DNA of 60,960 nt, counting the filler, from Basidiobolus ranarum (lineage: Eukaryota), in assembly GCA_040143965.1 (NCBI GenBank). It is 6 parts of 6 records of this genome, joined end to end, with 100 filler letters (N's around TTAATTAATTAA, not from the genome) between each part and the next. Parts side by side here need not be neighbours in the genome. Positions count along the whole stretch, not along the records: positions 40,733 to 50,804 come from JASJQH010007621.1; positions 50,905 to 60,960 come from JASJQH010007623.1; 4 more parts are not named here. One strand, written 5' to 3'. This document shows, piece after piece, positions 49,613-60,960 of this stretch. The notes under the pieces were generated by a model, which worked only from the letters and a program-made list of their open reading frames with translations, was not told the origin of the DNA and made no database searches. Position 1 is the stretch's first letter; each line of letters opens with the position of its first letter. A program made the position numbers and the translations under genes.

Positions 49613-50804
49613 TACTGTAGTAATCCCTATGCATCTTTGTATCTCATGTAAATACATCAATTGACTCTGTTAGCTGCATTTTGATTCCCAAAAGTGGGAA
49701 TTCTAACCAATAACCTATCTAAACCATCCTTGGCCGATTTTGATCCCTTCAACCATCAATACATACACACTTGGATAGTTAAACTTGGATCTCCGTGTAT
49801 ACTAATTGCAATAAATTTCGTTCGATTGTATTATTACATGCACAATGTATATATTCACGTTTATGGGGCCCACACTTTCCGACGCAAAGCTACTGACATT
49901 GTGATTGAACTAAGAATACTTGGTTGTATATATGTTTGGATAGATAAGTGAATCGTAGAAGGATTAAAAGCTGTGATAGATTTATAATGACTTGCTGGTA
50001 AGGTGGCCTATGTAGATTTCTGGATTTGGCGGTTATAGAGTAGTGATATATTGCATAAACCTACAGTGACAGTTTATTGTAGAAGTATTGGAGTTAAATA
50101 GTTGAATACTCATATGTTATGCTTAGCATATGGAATGTTTATATACTGAAAATTGAAGTTGAAGTAGTAACTTATATTTGAGATAAATCAGAACAATTTT
50201 CAGAAAAGGTTAAGTTTAAAAACAAATTCACAACTCAAACGTTCTCTGCAATGTTTCTAGCATTTTGGAAACTCAACTTGGTTGCTAATATGGGCATAGA
50301 TATTTACTTATGGCAACAAATACTAATCATCTATTTCCTCTAATTATCCTAAGCCCTTCCAATTTATCCCAAATATTGGCAGCTATTAATCTAGAAAAAC
50401 TGTCTATATAAAAGACTTGTTCCCTGTCCATATAATTGTTGTTGTAAATGGTTCTCTGTGATAGTACCAGATTGTGCTATATATATCATATTGGATAAAG
50501 TATTCTAAAATTTATGTGCCACTATCCAGCACCCTCTGGCATGATTGATTTCAATCACATTTACTCTAATATATTAATCCAAGGTGTTGAATAATTAATC
50601 TTTATTCAACATCATAGTTAACTTTAGTTATTATACATATATCAGAAGCAGAAAGTAACTTATCTATAGCCCCTATATTCTAAATAGGAATATCTCTATA
50701 TCTATATAACAAGTATGTCTTATTACCCCCACTTATCTATTATATCTTATTACATAAACTCCTGAATATCTCAAACAATTGATTTACTTTTCTACTATAT
50801 AAGT

Positions 50805-50904
50805 NNNNNNNNNNNNNNNNNNNNNNNNNNNNNNNNNNNNNNNNNNNNTTAATTAATTAANNNNNNNNNNNNNNNNNNNNNNNNNNNNNNNNNNNNNNNN
50901 NNNN
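50805..50904. other. Artificial contig spacer
   Basis: 44N-TTAATTAATTAA-44N. Confidence 0.97.
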
Positions 50905-51742
50905 ATGAATACTTTCTGTCTGGGCTCTAAATGTCCAATATGCCATCATCCCTTCTATTACACTCATGCTGAAAAATGCTTTGGGTTTAAAGATACAGAT
51001 GCTCTCTTTCAGTTTGACAAACAGAAGGCTTTGAAGCAAAGATTGAGTGCTTTGATCACTGCCATTAGGCCTGACCTACTCCCAGTCCACTTGAGTTGAT
51101 GGACTCTTTGATTCACTAGCTTTGGTCCTATATATATTGCAAAACCTATTCTTTATACCTTCCTTTCCCTAGTAAGCTCTGCTGGAATTTCAAATTTCTT
51201 CATTTTATGTTACTTTTAACCTTCTTTCATTATCTTAAAGCACACCGTATATAGGTGATGCTCAATAAAGTTACTAAAAACCTAACCCTAACCTTAAGTG
51301 TTTATCAGATAAAGATACTTCAAACACCAATGGACCATTTCAACCCCATTTGTATACCGTTCCAGCTCTATCTTCCTTCAAACTCATTAACCACGGGAAG
51401 AATGACCACACAGCATTATTATTGCCAACCCTAGTTCAAGTTCAGGAGTGTATTCCCGGAACATGAACACTTCCTGTAGCTTCACGCTTAATGTTTAAGC
51501 CAATTGAAAACTGATAGTTGTACTGATTTTAGGATGTTTCATGTTTTTAGAGTGTAAAGTTGATCGGAACCTTTAAGGAGTAATGATTCAGTTGTTTCTC
51601 GCTATATATGTTGTAATAATGGCTTTTAGGAATCCGTACACCAAGATTCTCATTGATGTAATCCAAATGATTTACTCATGGCAATGATTTTTGGTAATCT
51701 CAAATTGAATTTCAGTTTATTAAACAATTAGGCTAATGGTGA

Positions 51743-52822
51743 TTATAATCTGGCTAACATCTTATGAGCATTGGCAAATGTGTTATTAGATACAGCAGCA
51801 ATTGTTGACAACTCAAGAGCCAAGCAAAATGAGGCTACAGTCTCTGCAAAAGCCATTTTACGGCCCACTCCTAAACAATCAAGCATTTTTAAGTTTTTCG
51901 ACTGATCACCGTACTGTGTTCCTCCACCCACCGTACCGACAAGAAGTGACGGAAAGTAGAGTGACATATGTAGATTATCGTTCTCATCAATATCCATAGA
52001 TAACTGACTCCATGAACTCTCAGCAATTGAACCTGCATCTTGGCCGCATGAAATATACATGGCCGCTAAGATGTTGGTAGAGTTGATGTTCATCCCTAGA
52101 GTACTCGTTCTGATTGAAGATTGCATAGACTCGATATAGAGTCTGAAAATATCTCTGGGATGGACCTTGAGATACTTGAGACATGCGTCTTTGCTCACAA
52201 TTCCCCAACTTCTAACCTCTACCCCGCGAGTAGTAAAAGACCTCATAAGAGACAGCTTCTTATCAGCCGTAGAATTCCCTTCAACAAAGCTTTTCTCCAA
52301 CACAAACCTGTTGTTCAATGTTTTGTTGGTCAGTAATTCATCACAGACCTTTTGTGTTGCCATAGTAACAATATTTTGGCCAGCGGCATCGTTGGTAGTA
52401 TAAGTAAACTCCAGGTGCACAGATCTAGCAAAAACATAGGGCTGAATTTTAATGAGTTTTCCATGGTTAGTAGTGCTCTCAGCAATCTTTTTTAATTCAG
52501 GAAACTGCTCTTTGATCCAATCAGCAAATTCTAGTGTCAATTTGGTAGAAGACAGCATGAAAACAGGGCTTCGAGCAATCTGTTCCTCGTATGCTCTGGC
52601 TGATATCCCACCACAGACCTCAAATACCTTCACCCCTCGAGAGCAGGAAGCCACTAGGGTAGCTTCGGTAGTGGCCAATGGAGCTTTGACTCTTTTCTTC
52701 TGGTGAGCACCATGTATGGTCAGTGGCGGCGTCACTCCAACTGGTACTGTAGTATACCCTATGAAGTTCTCAATGCGGACTCGCTGGCCAGTACTATTTG
52801 TAATAGAGGTTGATTTGTACAT
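51743..52822 (-). CDS. Soluble class I HMG-CoA reductase (catalytic domain only, intronless); likely ATG at 52822
   Basis: ENFIG, PLATTEATLVASCSRG (catalytic Glu), DAAGQN, DKK (Lys), CGQDAG (Asp), GTVGGGT, LALELS and AHKMLAR (His). The ORF-track start at 52978 is a non-ATG codon. Confidence 0.92.
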   Translation of the reverse strand: MYKSTSITNSTGQRVRIENFIGYTTVPVGVTPPLTIHGAHQKKRVKAPLATTEATLVASCSRGVKVFEVCGGISARAYEEQIARSPVFMLSSTKLTLEFADWIKEQFPELKKIAESTTNHGKLIKIQPYVFARSVHLEFTYTTNDAAGQNIVTMATQKVCDELLTNKTLNNRFVLEKSFVEGNSTADKKLSLMRSFTTRGVEVRSWGIVSKDACLKYLKVHPRDIFRLYIESMQSSIRTSTLGMNINSTNILAAMYISCGQDAGSIAESSWSQLSMDIDENDNLHMSLYFPSLLVGTVGGGTQYGDQSKNLKMLDCLGVGRKMAFAETVASFCLALELSTIAAVSNNTFANAHKMLARL

Positions 52823-55800
52823 ACTATGTCGACCCTTTGAGTTTACATACTTTCTTATATAAGCAAGTCCCAAATAGCCAAGTTCGTTGCAACGCTCACT
52901 AAATATTAAATCACACCTAGAACCACCCGATCCGGCGACTATTATCCAACAATGTGTAATGGCATTCCAGTTGGACACTGAATAGATACCATTGTAATTA
53001 CTACCCTTGGCTGGTATTCACGTGTTACGTTACTGTTGATATAATCGATGTTCTCTTGTCCTTCACTCTCTAGTTTCGTTGGGAAAGCGCACCAAACTTG
53101 CGCAATAAAGTCATGATTGACAACATCACTGAAGGAGATCTAGCCATATATACATTATTGACGAAAAGTCACACATGATCTATCAATCAGCGCAAATTAT
53201 CTGCCACTTTTATTACTTCCATGATAGAAGAGTCGAAAGAATATGTATTTCGACTGATGGAGTAATCATTTGCATACAATTTGGTACGACTGTAAAAACT
53301 ATTAGGCCAGTCCTATCTATCAATACAATAATTGGGTAGGAAAAACTCCAACGTCAACAAACAGTACACGAGAATAGCACGGATTTGAGATTGTAGCGAG
53401 ATTGTAACAAGATTCTAGTGCTAGTATATTATCAACTAGCTGTATGAAGGTGTCTATAATTAGAAAAATATGCTAAAGTTAGAATTTAATCCAAGCTTAC
53501 AAGAAGTGACGGTATAGCCTAGAAAGGCTGTTATGATTTTCCTTGCATGATATGTTCGTACATTTGCTGAGACGAATGAATGATCTTTTTAAAATTGAAG
53601 TGAATAGTGATGAAATCAATATGAGCACGACATAAACAGTAAATAAAGTGTTAATATTCATAACCCTATTGGTTTGATATCTTTTTTATATTGGGAGATG
53701 CCATCTATCGTCATTGTTAATCTCCCTTTGATATATGCACACAATATCCACACAATTGCATTCTACAGGCAACAAAGTGAAGCAAATATTACTGTAGGAT
53801 TAATAAAACGTACTATTCAGCAATGTTCCAAGTGCCAATACACCAGGAATAACCTCTAAGAAACTGGCTAACTGCTATGCATAGTCCTTCAAATGAAAAC
53901 TTATTTCCTTAACATGATTGTACTATGCTGTTATATCATTCTAGGGATGTGAAAATGTTGAGCTTTGATAGGAAATTTGAATTTTCGTATTACATTCAGA
54001 GTTAGAGTCAATTAATGCTTGCATGATGTAACTGTAGCTCCCATTGTTACCGGTTCAACAAATATATGCATGGCTGGAGCATTATAGTACAACTAGTCAA
54101 TACTGTTGACATTATTTTGCAATTATATTAGTGCTCATAACTCATTCCCTTTTTTTTATACATTCTTTGTGGTAAATATATCTATATTGGAGATGAAGTA
54201 AACAACTAGCTATTTTTATTACTAGTGCAGTAGAGAAAGATTGGAGAACAACTTGGAAAATTTTGACATGTTTGACAATTTTGTCCTCTCTGAATATTTC
54301 TAAATATTTCTAAAATAGACGTGGTGATTATGCCACACCTCAATAGCCCATATGCTCACCTTGAACATGTTGAGCTATATATGCATTGAACCCTTCTGTT
54401 TTACCATTTTTGAGCACAAAACAACATTCTGACAAGTATTTATAATCAGGCGTACTTAAGGTAATATAGTATACTGTGATAGGTACTCAATATTATAGCA
54501 ATGCTTGACTGAGTGCTGAATAAAGAAAACCCAGATAGAAACATATTATTACGGTTTAGCAGTAAATCATAATAAAATTATGTTTGTTGACTATTGTACA
54601 ATATAAAGGTTCAGGATATTTAGAGCTCCTTTGAGAAACTGTACATAATATATAATATAACTCAATGATGCACACATCCACCTTGCTATTTGAAGAATTT
54701 GCTGTACTCTTTTGACTTCAGGTGAGCATCTTCCTCCCAGTATCTTTCCTGAGAGTTATCCTCAGATTGTGAATAGGAAGTCTAAAATCACTATGAGTTA
54801 ACTCTAGTTATAGATTTCTGAATCGGCATTATATTTCAGCAACATTATGTCAAAAGTATACTGGATGGATATACTTCTGTATTAGGGTCTTTTTGTGTAC
54901 AAGTAATACTGACGTCTATTTCGGCTAAAACTCAAGTATCCGAGATCTTATTTGTTTATATTCACTTTGAACAAATTACTAACTCTGCCAAGTATTGTTT
55001 CGAACTTCAATATTGGTCACATGGAAGGTGTAGACATACACATCTAGAGTCTCGCCAGCAATCAGTAATTTTTATTTGATTGCGACAATATACTAATCGA
55101 GATACATGGATTATTTATTTTCATAAAGCTAAAGTTGGGTATTAAATTCCATTCCCTGGCCACAATATCTCTTAGAATCCAAGACTAGCAAAGTCTTGGT
55201 AAAAGTCTTATTCACAGTCATTTGACTACATTCTAAGAACACCACTACAGCTCTTGGCATTGGATGGGTATGGATATTTGTATTGGTGTGGGCATTAGTA
55301 TTGGCATCAGAACTGCCATAAATATGAAAACGCTGCTTAAATTTAATAACAAACCAGATTTATAAATCCAAGAAAGAACAGAGTTGTGAATCTGGTATAT
55401 ATAAATTAATTTAGCAACATAGAAATTCCATTTGGTGTTATTGCTTTTTATTTAATATGTACTTGTCCTATACTGCTACGATTAGTAGCCAATACTTCTG
55501 ATGCTAATCAAGTCATCTAATTCTTCGCACAAGTGTCTAGATCTTTCTCTAGAGCTGGTCATGTCCTACAAGAATTCTTGTCCTCTGTAGCATTAACCAT
55601 ACTTTCTCAAACAACTTAGATGGATTCCAACAAGTTGAGTAAGAGTACAAATAACTGCGTGACCTACGGTTACTTTTACCCCGACAGCATCACTATCGTA
55701 CCAGGATTCAAACACCAGTATTTAACCAACAAACTAGTGTTTATTCAGGAACTTTACAGGGTCTCTAATGAAACTTTGTGAACACTAAAATTTTCAGAAT

Positions 55801-56967
55801 CTTGAGATCAAAGAGGTTTTGCTATTATTATATATATACAATCAGTCATTCGCAGCAACTTAGTATAGTGGTACCTTGATGGTGTGCATGTTCCAAATGC
55901 ATGCTCGGTGACATCGACTATTTAGTCAAGATCTTACTTTATGTGAGCATTGAATGTAGCCATTTAGTGATATCAACAAGTGGCTCTATTAAAGTTTCCC
56001 AATAGTCGCATAAATTCCTGAATACCGCACCTGCCTGGTTCCCATGCCCAACCAGAAAGGAAACTGATAGCTAAACTACCTTATTCTCTGGAGTTACCTT
56101 ACTAATCATCGTTCTTCAGAGCTGCCATGACCTTATAGGACCTACCTACCTCACTCAAATGTGTATACCATCATATGCTTGCACATGTTTTTATCAGTAG
56201 AAGTAATATACGTATCTCGAACCCTATCTCGAACCCTATCGTTCACAGCGTACTATGCCAAAGCGTACTATTCAAATATATCCCTAAACACTACCGAGAT
56301 ATATTTCCGTTGCAATATGCGTAACATTAGAGGCGGCTATTCGATATTGTATTTTCCTTTACCACTGCTCATCTCTTCCAATTGGGAATACGAGCTGTAG
56401 CAACTCTGAAACTGCAGTGGTAATCAATGATGTGGCAACCGACCCCACCACGTAGAAATAATTGGTAGAAAATCCGTGCTAATTAGAATCAAGTGGATAT
56501 AGATATAGATATTGTTAAACCTGGCAACAAGAATACCAGAATAGGAATATCGTTGTTGATCCTTTCTATTTGAAGCGGATTAAAATGGTATACTGCCATC
56601 ATCAAATATATACAGCCATGATATATATAGCTTTCCTAACTTACATAAACCGGTATATATTATATAGCTATCCTGTAGTGTGATCCACTAGTAGTAGCAA
56701 CTCATATGAAAGTAACGCTATTGCAGTACCAAACACCAACGACCCATATAAGCTAATATGTCATCTGTTACACAATACACAGTTCTTACGATCCAAAACA
56801 ATATGTGTTTCACTTAACCAATGCTTCTTCTTAATTCATAAAAGGCCATGATTTTTGTCGTATTACAGAGATTTCTATATCTCTTATTATTTGCGGTAAA
56901 TAATGATGGGATTTATTGTGAGTAACTGATATGAGACGCTGTAGGTGATAACTACTATGGAATAGCT

Positions 56968-58446
56968 TTATGTATTACTCTGTATACAATTAAGGGGATT
57001 TTCTGGTTTACCGAAGCTGAATGTATGTTGAAGAACCCTCAAAACTGCGACCTAAGAAAAGAATTTCGATGTTACTAGAAGTGCCACGTATTGGACTAGA
57101 GCATTACTAAAAACTCACCTCAAATCCCTGAAAGGTTCCTGGTGTTTGCCACCCTATATGTGGAAGTATCGTTACCCGATCACAAGTTGTAAGGTATGGA
57201 TGAATAGATGGCTCATTCTCAAACACATCAAGCCCTGCAGCAAATATCTGCAACAAACATGTAAGTCTAATACATCAATGGAGTCGGTTAAACAATGATT
57301 CAACAACCTTGCCAGATTTTAGTCCATTTACTAATGCTTGTTCGTCAATAATTTTCCCCCGCCCTGTGTTAACAATTACAATATCATCCTTCATTTTTTT
57401 TAATGAATTTTCATTAATCAGATGATAATTAGCCTCGTTCAGTGGTGCATTGATGGAGAGAATATCGATAGTAGCCAGAAATTCATCCAATGCCAAGTAT
57501 TTCGCCTGATACAGCGTTTCTTCTGTAATAATCAGGGTTAGGAGAATTCGCAGTTTTTGAATGCAAAATTTGGATGATCAAACCAGCAGTGCTCAATGGA
57601 TGACGGTTATGGTAATATAATTCGACACCGAATCCGAGTGCTCGGCTAGCTACAGCCTATAGGAAGAAATATAAGCGCATGAATATGCATCTAGATTTGA
57701 TTTGCGTAGAACCTTTCCAATTTTCCCCATTCCTAAAATACCGAGTTTCTTTCCTTTGACGTCCATACCCATACGAATGCCTTCTCTCCACAACCCTAAG
57801 TAATAGGCACAGTTATTAGGCTTGTTAGTTTATAGATTCTGCAGCAGAGTTTCCCACCTTTACGAAGCAATTTTTCGGCATAATAAGTTCCTCGACACGC
57901 TGAGAGGATCAAATGTAATGCAATTTCAGCTGTGGAGTCGCATGCTCCACCTGGTACGTTGGTAACCCAAATACCTGAGTATTTAATGGATAATTAGAAC
58001 CATGAATTCCATGTAGAATTCTCGAATTTACCTCTCCTCGATGCCTCTTGCAAGTCAACGTTGTCGTACCCAGCCGCTCCTATGGCAATAAGTTGTAGAC
58101 TTGGGGGCAATAATGAGAATAGTTCTTTATCGAATCGTTCGATCTGAAGATAAAGATATTTTCAATGCGAGAAGTTGGGACAATTGGATGTATTTGAATC
58201 TTACAATATCGAAATCAATAAAGAGAATCGCGTAAAGGCCATCATATTGAGAGTTTTTAAGATTTTGTATAAACTCTTCTCGGTTTACCTCTGTGTGAAA
58301 CTTCAAATAAGCATTAGTACTTGAGTGGAATGGAAATTTAGTTACAATAGACTCACCTTGAACTCGAACTCCAATGACAACTCTTCAAACAAATCCGGTG
58401 CATGCTCCAATGTGCCAGATACAAGAACAATAGGTTTGATGGTCAT
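56968..58446 (-). CDS. D-isomer-specific 2-hydroxyacid dehydrogenase (glyoxylate/hydroxypyruvate reductase-like), multi-exon
   Basis: GAAGYDNVD, VTNVPG, KKLGILGMGKIG (Rossmann), VNTGRG, GLDVFENEP, ILPHIGG; ATG at 58446, TAA at 56968-56970. Confidence 0.92.
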
Positions 58447-59038
58447 GCTGCAGTAATCTGAATACTATGGTTGCCTTTTCTGTTGTTGCTACAGCTATCT
58501 CAGGTCTTTATATCGGCAAATATATGTACTTTCTCACGCTCTCATCTAATCAACTGGGGACCATCATGTGCCTTGTTAATTAGTGTAATACTGCTTGGGG
58601 GATTATCCGAAATTGATAGGGCGTAAGTAACGTCAGGTATCGACCATTTGGGTAACTTGACCCTTGGGTAAATGTGGGTATTTTATGGATTAGAGCGTGG
58701 ACGAATGATTGTGCAAAACAGGTAAATAAAGACTCTGAATCGATTTAGGAAATTGACATTTTCGCTTTGTAATATTTCAAGATATTCCTCTGACTGTAAC
58801 CATGAACACATTGAATGTGGTAGAATTTCCAGCTCAACCTGATACCTTTTCTATCTCGGTTAAATTAGAAGCTACAGGGTGCTACAGAACTTTCTATAGC
58901 CAACCATAAGTGACATACGATGGGACTTTTCATTTGTAAAGCGAATCAAGTCCGTAGGTCCCAACTTACAGAAGAGCTATAAGTAGGCAAGTGTTGAACA
59001 ACTATTCATCAACTCACAGCGGTATCATCGTTTTCAGA

Positions 59039-60757
59039 ATGACAGTCCAAGAGCAAGCGCCGGTTATTGATGCCAACTCCTTTGTCGCCAGTCTACCAGT
59101 CACAGATGGTATGTTCAAGAACAAAAACGGATCTTTGAATCAGTATTGATGTAATACTTTTTACAGTCAGGTCTCTGTTCAACCAAGCTACCATTCAGTA
59201 CCAATCCAGCAATCTCGGGCATGGATTCATGAAGTATGGTTTCCTCATCGTATGTGCTCCTCATCTCGCCACTAAATGTCCGTACTAACCGTTTCGTGTA
59301 GCTTTCCTGTTCCAGAATTCATAAAGGATGCGGCTACAGACATCATTCAGGCGGACAATTTTAATCAGTATGCGCCCCCTCGTGGAGTACCTAGGCTTCG
59401 TCAAGTATGTTGCTCATGTTAAGCTAATGTAGGCACAATATAATAACGGTAATATGTATAACGTCAGGCCCTAGCCAATGATTATTCCATGAAGATTAAC
59501 CGGCAATTGGACCCCGAGAAAGAAATCATCATTACTGCTGGAGCTAATGAGGGATTACTCAGTATAATGCACTCGTTCTGCAAACCAGGTATGCTTCCCT
59601 TTGCCTCTAACCCAAATCTTATGAGATACTGAATGTTTGATGGGCACAGGTGATGAAGTCATCATCTTCGAGCCATACTTTGATGCCTATGTGGTAAGGA
59701 AGTTTTACTTGATTTGTTCTCTTTTTATTGCTAAAAGACTTAGGGTTATTATTATGATTAGTCTCATATCAAAATGCTCAACGCCACTCCAATTTACTGC
59801 CCAATGCGTATCGACCCTGAAACTGATCAGAGCGAAGCGTTCTCATCTGCCAATTATTATATTGACATGGAGGAGCTCCGTTCAAAGATCTCCCCAAAGA
59901 CCAAAATCATGATTCTTAACTCACCCCACAATCCTTTCGGGAAGATCTTCACCAGGGAAGAGCTCTTAGAGTTAGGTCAGGTGGCTATTGATCACAATCT
60001 TCTCATTATTAGTGATGAAGTGGTAAGTACTATCTTCAGTAGCATCACATGATATCTGACAAAATTAACCCTCGCCCCATCCACAGTATGATCGAGTAGT
60101 ATTTGCTCCCAATGAACTGGTTCGAGTCAACTCTATACCTCAGCTTTGGAACCGTACATTAACTATATATAGTGCTGGAAAGAGCTTTGGTATCACTGGA
60201 TGGCGTGTGGGATGGGTCATAGGCCCGGCAGACTTGATGCGCTACGTTACAGGTGCTCATGCTGAGATGGTTTATTGTGCCAATGCTCCTTTGCAGGTTG
60301 GTCGTCTGTTACTCAAGGAATTAGCAACATCAATTAACCCTATTTTAATTAGGAATCCGTCGGGATAGCATTCGAGAGGGCCGAAACCAATGGATTCTTT
60401 CAAAAGCAATTGAAAAACTATGACCGTCTTCGTACCAAGCTTATGAATGCATTCGATAAAGTTGGTTTACCCTATGTCATACCACAGGGTGGGATTTTTT
60501 TATTAGTTGACACCTCCAGAGTGCGCATACCCAAAAATTTGGAGTTCCCCGAAGAGATTGAAACTCGTGGTGAAACGTATAAGATGTGTTACTTCATTAC
60601 CCGTGATATTGGGGTTACGGCCATTCCAGCAACCGAGTTCTACTCAAAAGAGAATGCATACCTGGCTCGTAATATGTTGCGATTCGCCTTCTGTAAAACA
60701 GATGATATTATAGATGAAGCAGCTGAACGTATTCAAAAGCTATCACAATACTTGTAA
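59039..60757 (+). CDS. PLP-dependent class I/II aminotransferase (kynurenine/glutamine transaminase K, Bna3-like), multi-exon
   Basis: NLGHGFM, NQYAPPRG, ITAGANEG, FEPYFDAY, LNSPHNPFGK, ISDEVY, SAGKSFGITGWRVGW (PLP Lys), RFAFCK. Confidence 0.93.
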
Positions 60758-60960
60758 CACAAATGTTAATCTAAATAAATATGGAATATTACACGTGCAT
60801 GATGGCGATCTTTATTTTTATTAGCATTATTAACCGTGTGAATATTACTTGGGGCGTATTTGAGTATCACAAAGTCCAGAGTTAGGGTCTAACATTGATT
60901 GATTGAGATGCACAATATTATTTCGAGTGAATCTATTCTTGTCTATTTCAATACATTCTT

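Noticed and set aside
50905-51099. CxxC/H-containing ORF at a contig start (possible non-LTR retroelement tail)
   Set aside because: Too short and truncated to assign. CpG-poor, so probably TE debris.
52823-52978. N-terminal extension of HMGR in the ORF track
   Set aside because: It starts at a non-ATG codon. The first in-frame ATG (52822) lies just before the conserved ENFIG motif.
51743-60757. HMGR + dehydrogenase + aminotransferase as a secondary-metabolite cluster
   Set aside because: No backbone enzyme (terpene synthase, PKS, NRPS) is present, and ~4 kb of non-coding DNA separates HMGR from the pair.
1-60960. CRISPR arrays, rRNA or tRNA genes
   Set aside because: No regularly spaced repeats or RNA-gene signatures were seen. 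The only tRNA-related sequence is the retrotransposon PBS.

Overview
Eukaryotic, intron-rich DNA (short GT-AG introns, CTAAC-type branch points), most consistent with an early-diverging fungus; this is inferred from gene content and is not verified. The window is not one locus. It is six ~10.1-kb contigs of decreasing length joined by identical 100-nt spacers (44N-TTAATTAATTAA-44N), so adjacency across the spacers has no biological meaning. Host genes: a small Cys-rich secreted peptide, a CAP/SCP protein, a 7TM-like protein, two tandem CC-motif 4TM paralogs, an MFS sugar porter (partial), a minimal RasGEF-like gene apparently lacking the catalytic hairpin, an SCP2-type thiolase, a YdcZ/DMT transporter, a bacterial-type MscS, a secreted protein, a thioredoxin-fold CxxS protein, a Mn-type CDF transporter, a 597-aa orphan, a soluble intronless class I HMG-CoA reductase, and a divergent 2-hydroxyacid dehydrogenase / kynurenine-type aminotransferase pair. 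Mobile DNA: a degenerate Ty1/copia family with a half-tRNAiMet PBS (three partial elements, two solo LTRs) and the 3' end of a second copia family. The most unusual feature is a ~5.9-kb CpG-depleted segment abutting a copia copy that encodes a decayed D5/P4-family (SF3) primase-helicase, a candidate endogenous virus-like or self-replicating element.
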